A stretch of DNA of 64,000 nucleotides from an uncultured virus (IMG/VR IMGVR_UViG_3300044970_002808) (Duplodnaviria; Heunggongvirae; Uroviricota; Caudoviricetes), in IMG/VR virus record IMGVR_UViG_3300044970_002808, positions 1 to 64,000 of that record, one strand, 5' to 3'. Shown one piece after another: positions 1 to 8,800 of the stretch. A model generated the notes under the pieces. The model saw only the letters and a program-made list of their open reading frames with translations. It was not told the DNA's origin and made no database searches. Within the stretch, counting starts at the first letter, position 1. Each line of letters starts with the position of its first letter. The position numbers were made by a program, and so were the translations under genes.

Positions 1-219
1 TCTTCATCTTCCGTGATTAGGGCTGTTGCTTGACGTGAGCTTCCTGTACTTGCTCCTGAAATTGCTGTAATAATATCACCTTTGTACACTCTATATGTTG
101 CGCGAGATGGAGCTTCATGTGCTTTGACAATCTTTGCTTTTTCATTTGCTTTTCAGGGGTGATTTGGTTTACTTATTTAGTGTAACATAGGGTTCAGAAT
201 ATGTCAAGGGGTTCATCGA

Positions 220-408
220 TTATTTATTTTTAGTCTTCTGAAGGCAATCTGGGTGTCTCTGAACCCACCCAGATTCATCGGGGTAAACTACACCAAATAT
301 ATGACAGCTACATTGGTTTCTTAAATCTGACTTGAAGAATTGGCAAAAATTCCCCTTGCTACTGGCACAAGTTTTTCCACCGCAATCAATATCTAAAATC
401 AGTTCCAT
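220..408 (-). CDS. small Cys-rich hypothetical protein
   Basis: 62-aa ORF with AAGG RBS-like sequence, co-oriented with neighbours. Confidence 0.6.
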   Translation of the reverse strand: MELILDIDCGGKTCASSKGNFCQFFKSDLRNQCSCHIFGVVYPDESGWVQRHPDCLQKTKNK

Positions 409-441
409 TGGTCTACCTTAAATCAGTTTGACTATCAGATT

Positions 442-987
442 CTAACTTCTGGAGTTTAACCCAGTTTTTTTTTTTTTAGTTTCACGCTCCCCAAAAACTA
501 TTTTTGCTAAAAACTCTTTAGCCCCCTGAATTTGGTCTAGCGTAAAGAAATTTATTCCTGCCTCTTCAGACCAGAAAGGATGTCCCACCATATCTGGAGT
601 TCCAACCACGATAATAGTCTTAAAGGGGAAAAAATGACTCAAGGAGGGGATACTAGAGACGATTTTATTCAAACCCTGGGCATAACCAATTTCAAAGGAA
701 GTACCATGCCCGCTTCCACAAGGTAGGTAGGCATAAATGATATTTGCTTTTTCTACCGCAGAGATGTCATCGTTGTAGATTTGCTCAGGATTATACCCGT
801 TTAATTCAGTTTCAGAGTTGTTAATGGGGCGGTCTAGGGCTTCAAGGGTTTTGGATTTATCCATAGGGTCTAAGACTTCTACTGGCCAAACCTTAACATA
901 GTTTTTAAGTTCATTACGCCAACCAGTGGCTTGGGGGTACGTTAACCCGTGGATACGTCCAGCCAGATAGATTTTTACTTGGGTCAT
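442..987 (-). CDS. nucleoside 2'-deoxyribosyltransferase-like protein
   Basis: KIYLAG, WR, DISAVEKANII and GTSFEIGYA motifs; GGAG RBS; upstream TTGACA/TATAAT promoter. Confidence 0.8.
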   Translation of the reverse strand: MTQVKIYLAGRIHGLTYPQATGWRNELKNYVKVWPVEVLDPMDKSKTLEALDRPINNSETELNGYNPEQIYNDDISAVEKANIIYAYLPCGSGHGTSFEIGYAQGLNKIVSSIPSLSHFFPFKTIIVVGTPDMVGHPFWSEEAGINFFTLDQIQGAKEFLAKIVFGERETKKKKTGLNSRS

Positions 988-1060
988 TTTAATTTCTCCG
1001 TTTTTTCCATTATATAGTTTATGTTTCTGGTTGTCAAGTGGGGATTAAAACCAATTAAAG

Positions 1061-1256
1061 TGCTATTGACGGGAATTGAACCCGCAAAATAGTCCTAAAT
1101 CTTCTGGCGAAACGCCCTTCCCTCACCCATAGCTTTTACAGATTTGGTGGATTCGCAAATTCCAGTTGAACCACTAACTAAAGGTTAGTTAATGTGGGTA
1201 TTCCTTTTCGGTTGGAGGTTTCCGTTTCAAACCTCTGGCTACCAAGCCACAATAGC
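1061..1256 (-). ncRNA. tRNA-like structured RNA (acceptor stem and T-arm enclosing a large structured insert)
   Basis: GCTATTG/CAATAGC-A acceptor stem; GCGGG-TTCAATT-CCCGT T-arm; several internal hairpins; promoter positioned to start at about G1. Confidence 0.7.
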
Positions 1257-1262
1257 ATTCTT

Positions 1263-1292
1263 ATTATATCTTGGGCTAATAGGTTTTGTCAA
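1263..1292 (-). promoter_or_regulatory. sigma70-type promoter of the tRNA-like RNA
   Basis: TTGACA-N18-TATAAT. Confidence 0.8.
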
Positions 1293-1295
1293 GTG

Positions 1296-1780
1296 GGTAG
1301 GGGGGTAGGTCGGTTTTTTCTTGGTTGACCCTTGCTTTCCCCCGCACTGCCCCAGTCGAGATAGGGTGTAATACAAATGTACTAGACATAAAGTTTCACC
1401 AGCAATTAGGGGGGTAGGTAGGGGGGGGTTCTTGGTTTTTTCTTGGGCTACCCCCTCACTTCCCCCATTAAACCAAGTTCAAACAGGGTATGAGTATTTA
1501 TACCTATTTCTAAAGGCATAGCTCTAAGAAAACCTATCAACTGGGGGGGTTATCCCAGTTTTTCTATGTCTGACCCTGTCCCTCCGGTTTGACCCTGCCG
1601 TAGATGGTTTCCATTATGGGAATCCCCGCAACGCCCGTGCTGGAATGGTTTGGCGATGTTGATGTCCTTTAAACCAATTTAAACCAATTAACCCAAAATG
1701 TACCAAATTATACATTTATTATTTCTTGGCAGGTCAAATGTTTGTTCTAGAGTTTAATTTGACCTCAGAACTCTTGCACC
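1296..1780 (+). repeat. non-coding module, diverged copy of about 60565-60935
   Basis: shared blocks GGTATGAGTATTTATACCTATTTCTAAAG, CCCGTGCTGGAATGGTTTG and AGGTCAAATGTTTGT..AATTTGACCTCAG. Confidence 0.85.
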
Positions 1781-1859
1781 AAACTTGACTGGGGATTTTC
1801 TCCCGTTATAAAAAATGTTAACTTTCATTAACATTAATTTCCTGTTTCACAGGGGGGTA

Positions 1860-2030
1860 AGACGGCTTAACCCCACTCCACAAGCTAACACGAGCTAACT
1901 GCCCGTTTTACCCTAGTTAAAGGGGGTTTAACCTTGATTGATTAAGCTTGGTTCTCACTTAACCAGTTTTTGTTGGGTTAACCCCAGTATAACAGAGAGT
2001 AGATTAAATGTCAAGGGGTTCGAGAAAAAA
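1860..2030 (-). repeat. promoter plus structured-leader repeat, copy 1 of 3
   Basis: near-identical to 15957-16080 (-) and 53215-53373 (+); TTGACA-N18-TATACT. Confidence 0.9.
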
Positions 2031-2117
2031 CTTTTAGACTTCGGGAAAACTTTATTCTAAAAGTCTAAGCACTGAGTTTCAGGTAAGGGGCTAAACATTC
2101 GCTAACAGGGGGAGGGA

Positions 2118-2210
2118 GGCAAACCAGTCAAGAATCGGGCGATAAGTCCAGAACCCCAAAAACTTGTTTAAGGCTAGGGTTCCGACCTTGCCCGATTAAG
2201 ACTGTCTGCC
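2118..2210 (-). ncRNA. candidate long-hairpin RNA
   Basis: 93-nt imperfect inverted repeat with G-U pairs favouring the minus strand; downstream of TTGACA-N17-TAGAAT (2252-2280); no ORF. Confidence 0.45.
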
Positions 2211-2419
2211 CATGTAGAATGGGCGAACTTGGTGTATGTGTTTACTATTTGATTCTAGCAAAATTGAAAAAAGATGTCAAGGGGCTAACAGATGAGTTTG
2301 GTCAAATAAGTTTAAATTGGCTACGGGGTGAAATTAGGGGGTGTCCCGTGAAAAAAAGAATGAACCCCCCCACCCCCCTAGTTGGCAATAAAAAACCCCT
2401 TTGGAAGGGGTTAGTCAAA

Positions 2420-2683
2420 TTAGTTGCAGTAGATGCCCAATGTCGGGGCTATCGTGTATTGGTAGAAATCTAATGATTTGATAAAGTCCATAATCACCCA
2501 GTCAGTAGATAAAGAAGACGCATACTTGTAAAGCATCTTACTATGGTTAGGAATGTCAACCATAATGGCTAAATGTCCTGCATGGGTGGATAATCTCTCT
2601 ACTTTAAGCCCTAAAGCCTCTGCTCTCATAGCTAATTCTTGAACAATTTGAAGTTTGGACGGCGGGGTTATTGGTCTTTCCAT
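2420..2683 (-). CDS. hypothetical protein
   Basis: 87-aa ORF between an upstream TTGACA promoter and a downstream hairpin terminator. Confidence 0.6.
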   Translation of the reverse strand: MERPITPPSKLQIVQELAMRAEALGLKVERLSTHAGHLAIMVDIPNHSKMLYKYASSLSTDWVIMDFIKSLDFYQYTIAPTLGIYCN

Positions 2684-2805
2684 AATGAGATGTCAAAAGT
2701 TTGATGCCTTTAATATAACATACCCCAACTGGTATGTCAAGGGTTTAGGGGACAACTAGGGGGGTTATCCCATTCTTGAAAAAAGCCTGGAACCCCCCCC
2801 ACTTG

Positions 2806-3267
2806 TTACCCCAGCCTTATCAAATGAAGCATGGTAGTAAGTTTGCAACCTGCTTTAGCAAATTTAGCTTGTAGAATCAAAGCATTGGTTCTGATTCGAC
2901 GAGAGTAAGTCCAGAGCTTTATAGCTTCCAGAGTGAAAAATAGTCCATGCTCTGGGATTAGGAAAATCTTTTGTAAACCCCCATTTGATAAGGATTTTAC
3001 TTCTTTCACGCAATTTTCAAACGACCAAAACTCGTTGTCAGGTAAATGGCATCCAGGGGGGATTTCACTTAACTCCTGATACAGACTGCCCTTCTCGTAT
3101 TCCAGCAATTTAGCCAAACCAGATACAGAGATACCTTTTAAACCAGATACTGGCTGAAAGTATAAATCTACTCCATAAAGAGAAAGAGACTGAAAAGGGA
3201 TTCCTTCAATGGGCTGAATGGAGTTAAAATCAAACACTTGCGTTAGACGGTTATCCATGACAATCAC
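2806..3267 (-). CDS. antirepressor-like DNA-binding protein
   Basis: GISVSGLAKLL resembles GMSQSALARLCGV of 21347-22186. Confidence 0.45.
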   Translation of the reverse strand: MIVMDNRLTQVFDFNSIQPIEGIPFQSLSLYGVDLYFQPVSGLKGISVSGLAKLLEYEKGSLYQELSEIPPGCHLPDNEFWSFENCVKEVKSLSNGGLQKIFLIPEHGLFFTLEAIKLWTYSRRIRTNALILQAKFAKAGCKLTTMLHLIRLG

Positions 3268-3308
3268 ACTAAAACTCTAATTGCTGATAACTGATAACTG
3301 ATAACTAA

Positions 3309-3935
3309 CTAATCGTCGCACGCAACCCGAAAACCAAAGTCGTCGTAGTGGATGACGGGGTTGTTCTGGAGGCGGTTAGCAGAACGACAGTAATAAGGGA
3401 AGATGTGCCAAGAACCGCCCCGCAGACAAATATCCTCACACCACTCCCAAACATTACCACTCATGTCATAAAGCCCCCAACCATTGGGCTTTTTCTGTCC
3501 TACAGGATGAGTTTTGTTATTAGAATTTTCGTCATACCAAGCGTACTCCCCTAACTGATTAGCATCATTACCAAAATAATAGTGAGTAGTTGTACCTGCT
3601 CGACAGGCATATTCCCATTCAGCTTCTGTGGGAAGACGATAGGTTTTGCCTGTGATTTCACTTAATTTTAGGCAAAAGGCTTGAGCATCGTCCCAACTAA
3701 CTTGTTCTACTGGATTTTGGGGACTATTTTCAAAGTAAGAGGGATTGGTTCCCATTACTGCTTGATACTGTGCCTGAGTAATGGGATATTTGCCAATGGC
3801 AAAACTGTTTACTTTAACTTGGTGTTTAGGCTTTTTAGAATCACTTTCAGAAGAACCCATGAGAAATTGACCTGCTGGTAAGCTTACCATTTCTAATGTT
3901 ACTCCGTTGGGTAGTTTTTCGGTAAATTGGTTCAT
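3309..3935 (-). CDS. FGE-sulfatase (CLec-fold) protein, copy 1; DGR-target-like
   Basis: FLMGS, RLPTEAEWEYACRAG, NGWGLYDMSGNVWEWC and RGGSW..GFRV motifs; start moved to MNQFTEK by comparison with copy 2. Confidence 0.9.
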   Translation of the reverse strand: MNQFTEKLPNGVTLEMVSLPAGQFLMGSSESDSKKPKHQVKVNSFAIGKYPITQAQYQAVMGTNPSYFENSPQNPVEQVSWDDAQAFCLKLSEITGKTYRLPTEAEWEYACRAGTTTHYYFGNDANQLGEYAWYDENSNNKTHPVGQKKPNGWGLYDMSGNVWEWCEDICLRGGSWHIFPYYCRSANRLQNNPVIHYDDFGFRVACDD

Positions 3936-4165
3936 TTTTTTTTTTGTTAGTCCCAAATAGTTGATAACTGATAACTGATAACTGATTATAGCGTTCGACT
4001 GGTTGTTTATCGTTACCCGTAATCTTGTTTTCCGTGTTTGTTTGCCTGATGCTATCTTATGCGATTCTCCCAGAAATGTCAAGTGTATGAGAGAATCTTT
4101 TTTTGAACAAGTGTACTACTGATAACTGATTAATTGTCGCAGACTAGCAACCAATAATTAATGAA

Positions 4166-5125
4166 TTAAGCTTTGCAATCTTGGAGAAAAGCCCATAAAT
4201 AATCTTTATGTTCGGTAAAATTATTTAGCATTTGATACACTTTTTGAGTATCAAAAACACCTGGATAAACACCGGAATAGGGTTGGTGGAAATATATTTT
4301 ACAGTAGAGACCATCTTCGCTTATTGCTAAACGATGTCCTAACTTTACTAGCATTTTTTCGAGCTTTACAGCAAATTCTTTTACACTAGAGGTAAGAAGG
4401 GGGAAATTAAAGGCGTTGTAAAAGAACATTTGATTGTCGCAGACTACCCGAAAACCGTCGGTGTCGTCGTAGTTGTGGCGGCTGTCGTAGTAACGGTAAG
4501 CGGAACGGCAGTCACACCGAAAGTCGCTCCAAGAACCACCCCGCAGTATTTGATAATCATTATCATTTGTTACCCAGGCACTGCCATTCTTTGGTGCATT
4601 TTCGTAGCTATCGTGCCAATTGTCTTCGCACCACTCCCAAACATTGCCACTCATGTCATATAGTCCCCAACCATTGGGCTTTTTCTGTCCTACAGGATGA
4701 GTTGTATTTTGAGAATTTCCTTCATACCAAGCGTAATTTCCTAACTGATTGGCATCATCACCAAAATAATAGCGAGTAGTTCTATCCGCACGACAAGCAT
4801 ATTCCCATTCAGCTTCTGTGGGTAGGCGATAGGTTTTGCCGGTTATTTGACTCAATTTCTGACAAAAGGCTTGAGCGTCATTCCAACTAATCCTTTCTAC
4901 CGGATTTTGGGGATTATTATAAAAATAAGAGGGATTGGTTCCCATTACCGCTTGATATTGTGCTTGAGTAATGGGATATTTCCCAATAGCAAAACTGTTG
5001 ACTTTAACTTGGTGTGGAGGCTTTTCATCCTCGCTTTCAGCAGAACCCATGAGAAACTCACCTGCTGGTAAGCTTACCATCTCTAGTGTGACTTGATTGG
5101 GTAGTTTTTCGGTAAATTGGTTCAT
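4166..5125 (-). CDS. FGE-sulfatase (CLec-fold) protein, copy 2, with C-terminal extension
   Basis: same motifs; tandem duplicate at 1190-bp offset, including promoter. Confidence 0.9.
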   Translation of the reverse strand: MNQFTEKLPNQVTLEMVSLPAGEFLMGSAESEDEKPPHQVKVNSFAIGKYPITQAQYQAVMGTNPSYFYNNPQNPVERISWNDAQAFCQKLSQITGKTYRLPTEAEWEYACRADRTTRYYFGDDANQLGNYAWYEGNSQNTTHPVGQKKPNGWGLYDMSGNVWEWCEDNWHDSYENAPKNGSAWVTNDNDYQILRGGSWSDFRCDCRSAYRYYDSRHNYDDTDGFRVVCDNQMFFYNAFNFPLLTSSVKEFAVKLEKMLVKLGHRLAISEDGLYCKIYFHQPYSGVYPGVFDTQKVYQMLNNFTEHKDYLWAFLQDCKA

Positions 5126-5525
5126 TTTTTTTTGTTAGTCCCAAATAGTTGATAACTGATAACTAATTATAGCGTCGGATACAGGAATTTGTGTTGTTTC
5201 GATTGGTTGTTTAGCGTTACCCGTCATCCTGTTTTCCGTGTTTGTTTGCTTGATTCTATCCTATGATATTCTCCCAGAAATGTCAACTGTCTGGGAGAAT
5301 CTTTTTTTGAACAAGTGTACTACTGGTAACTAAGCGAAGTGCGGGGACAAGTGGTGAAATTAGGGGTAGCCGTTATAAAAACCCATGTACCTACCTCCCC
5401 CCCCTACCAACATGAGTTAGGACAAAAAAAAATTCGCCCACGGAACAGTGTAGACGACCTAGAAAAAATAACTAACAAGGAAACCTTTTCTCTAATATAA
5501 CAAACCTTAAAAGATTTGTCAAGTC

Positions 5526-5852
5526 CTAAGTCAAAACCCCTTCAGGCATTTTGCTGGCTTTAATTTCAGTGAGTTCATCTACGGAAAAGCCGTCAAGACC
5601 TTGTAAAGCGACGTATAAATCCATATTAGTGGAGTCAAAGGTATCATTCTCTTTGTCGTAAAACACGCCGATATGACCATAAAGACCAGTAGCCCGGTCT
5701 AGTTCACGAACAAAGATGGATTTTAGGACAGGGATAGCCTTTGGGACAGTAGAATCTACCTTATATTCAGCAACAACTGGTTTGTCAGGGTGTGTGTCCA
5801 CGTTGGTAGAAATACTTACTGTACCTAAAAAATGGGATAGGGTAGCTTTCAA
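5526..5852 (-). CDS. small acidic protein, candidate immunity/inhibitor
   Basis: GGAGG RBS, TTG start, immediately downstream of the metallopeptidase-repeat gene. Confidence 0.55.
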   Translation of the reverse strand: MKATLSHFLGTVSISTNVDTHPDKPVVAEYKVDSTVPKAIPVLKSIFVRELDRATGLYGHIGVFYDKENDTFDSTNMDLYVALQGLDGFSVDELTEIKASKMPEGVLT

Positions 5853-5893
5853 GAAATTAATCCTCCGAGTTAAAATTTGGTCGTTCGAGACTA

Positions 5894-8800
5894 CTAATAT
5901 ATTGTAGCAGGTATTGGTTTTAGATGTTCAGGGACTTTAAGGGATTCTATAATCCCCAAAGTTAGAGCAAAATGTTCCTTATCTTTAAAATAAAATTCCG
6001 CCATATCTTTAGGACTAGCAAATCGTTCTATACCCATTGAAATTACTTCTGTGGAGGGGGAATTTTTATAAATTTTACCCACATAGGGGTGAACCCAGTT
6101 TCCGGGGTAAGCCACTTCGCCAGCAGGATAACCCTTTATTTGCTTAAGTTCATCTGAAGTTCTATTTTTAGCTAAAAATTCCTTAGCTAAGTTGGCAAAT
6201 TTAGGGTCAGACCCTTCCAGCAGGTGTGCCGCTTCATGAAAAACTGAGGGTTTAACATCATTGGAACGGGTTACAGATATAGAAAGATAATTATTTTTTT
6301 GGGGTTCTTGTGCATCGAATCCAGCCCAACTTCTTTTTTTTTCGCTGAGTCCAATACGGGGGACTAAGTTGTTCAGAATCCCCCCTGTAAGTTTATGAAA
6401 TTCAGCCAAAGCCTTACTAATTACAGGAGTGTGAGTTTTATAGATAGGGTCTTCAGTATTGGCTGGTTTAAGATTTTTAGTGTATTCACCTATTTGAAAA
6501 TTAGTTTGTCCCACTAGGAGGTCAGAGTTTACAGAATTATTATTATCAAGCAGTTCTTGATACAATAAGTTCATCTGTTTCTCAAGGTAAGTATCAAGAG
6601 ACTGCTTCAGTTTACGTTTTCTAGCAAAAAGTTTTTGGGCTTTTTCAACGTCTTCAGGGTTTTTAGGGTCTAAAGATTTTAGCTCCGCATTGATTTGGGC
6701 ATCTTGAGTTTCAAAAACTTTGACAAGTCTATCCAGTTTAAACTGGGAGATTTTAGATTTTGCAGAATTAATAGTATCAGTGTACTCTTTGGAAACCTGT
6801 TTAGGAGTAGTTGGTTTTGGCTCTGCGGGTTCTGGTTTAGGGTCTAAGTTTTTTTGAGTTAAGCTACTCATTAATTTTGTTTTAGGCGGCTCAGTCTGGT
6901 TAATACTATCTAGAACCCCAAGAATAAAATTAAAGTGATGGTTTGATTCTGTGTAGAGAGTAAATGCGTCTGTAGGGTTACGAAGTCTTTCAAAACCTGT
7001 AGATATAACCTCTGTGGCTGATACCCCTTTGTTGTATGTTCTACCCACATAATTATTTATAAAATCACCTTTATACCCTCTGTAGGTCATACCCCTGTGT
7101 TCGATGTCTTCCTCTTGCCCCGAATAACTATGTTTTTTCAGGAACTCCATAGATGCTTTTAGGAGTCCAGGTATGTGGGATTCCAGAATGTGAGCCATTT
7201 GATGGAAGGTCTGAAGTTTAAATACTTCATCACCGAGTCCAATAGCCCCGATTCTAATATGTGTCAATTTTTCTGGCTTATCTGGATGGTAGCGGACGTA
7301 ACTAGAACCATTTCTGTCTACGTCAATCATAGGAACCAATTCTCCCAGAAACCCCTTAGTAAGAGAGTGGAAATCTTTAACACTTTCTTTCACTAAATCC
7401 ACGTTCCTATCTGATTTATCTAGTTCTTGCCCATACAATGTGAATTTAGAATTTTCCAAAAGTTTCTCTAAGTCTAAATCTTTACTAGCTTCTTTGTAGG
7501 ATTCTAGAAGATTTTGAACATTTTTCTCGAATTTTGCCCTAAATTTCTTTTCAAGATTTTTGTGTTTTTTGAAAACCTCGTCAAATTGACGTATAACTTC
7601 TTCTCTGTCGGAGTCGGTTAAAGTAGGGTCGTCATACATACCCATTATTTTAGTGTTAAATTCTCTTAGTATACCACTTAGTTCTTGGAGTTTTCCTAGT
7701 GTTTTAGTATCGTTCAACCCATATTTAGAGCTAATTTCTTGTCCTCTTTGAGTGTAGTTATCTAGGGTCAAATTCTTTGCCTCAGCAGATTTATTTGGTA
7801 TTTCCTCAGCAGATTTATTTGGTATTTCCTCAGCAGATTTATTTGGTATTTTCCTAACAGATTTATTTGGTAGCCGGTAAGATTCAGAATTTCTAGTAGA
7901 GTTAACACGGTCAAGCGCACCAAGAATATAATTAAAGTGATGATTAGAATTTACAAAAAGTTTAAATGCGCTATCTGGATTACTTAAACGTTCAAATCCC
8001 GTAGATAAAACCTCTGTGGCTGAATTTTGGACGTAAAATCTACCCACATATTCATCTATAAAGTCCCCCTTATATCCTGAGATAGGTACACCCAGGTAAT
8101 CAAAATTCTCTAGAGTTCCAGTGTAACTATGTTTTTTCAGGAACTCTAGAGACGCTTCTTTGAGACCAGGAACATGAAGCTCAACTAGGTGCGCCAATTC
8201 ATGGAAGGTCGCCTGCCTCAGAGGAACTTCCCCCTGTCCAGATGTCCCAATGCTGACTATTGAACTTTGTGCGGGTTTATTAGGGTAAACGGCATAGCTA
8301 TTACCTTCATTGTTAACATCCAACAAATTGGGAAAGCCTATAATATTGCCGTTAGTGAGATAGTGAAAATCTTTATAGGCTTCCCTCACCATATCAACGT
8401 CCTCATTTAAATCTCTTGGAAAACCATTTCTTACAAATCTAGTCTTTAAAATTACTTTATCCATGTCTAAATCTGAAGCATTTTCTCTATAGTCGTCTAA
8501 AAGTTGTTCAACTTTTTTCTCAAAGTCTTCATAGGCCTTCTTTTGTGTCTCCAATATATCGTCATTAATTTTTTTTAGTTCCTCCATGTCAGAAGGCGTT
8601 AATGACGGTTTTTCTTGGAAACTGAGTAATTTGTCTATTAACTTCGCCAGTCTGCCTAAGAACTTATTATCACTCAACCCATATTTAGAGCTAATTTCTT
8701 GTCCTCTTTGAGTATAGTCATCTAGGGTAAAATTCTTTTTCTCAATAGGTTTAGCATTAACTGGCACAGTTGACACAGAATCAGGTTTAGACGGTGTGGA

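Noticed and set aside
1061..1256. tmRNA or intron-containing tRNA call
   Set aside because: No G3-U70 pair, no convincing tag ORF, and no clear group I P7 consensus; reported as an unclassified RNA instead.
3936..4082. N-terminal extension of the first FGE ORF in the track
   Set aside because: It spans the duplicated promoter and heptamer repeats; the paralogue starts at MNQFTEK.
3309..5125. complete DGR
   Set aside because: No reverse transcriptase, Avd or AAC-rich template repeat seen in the window.
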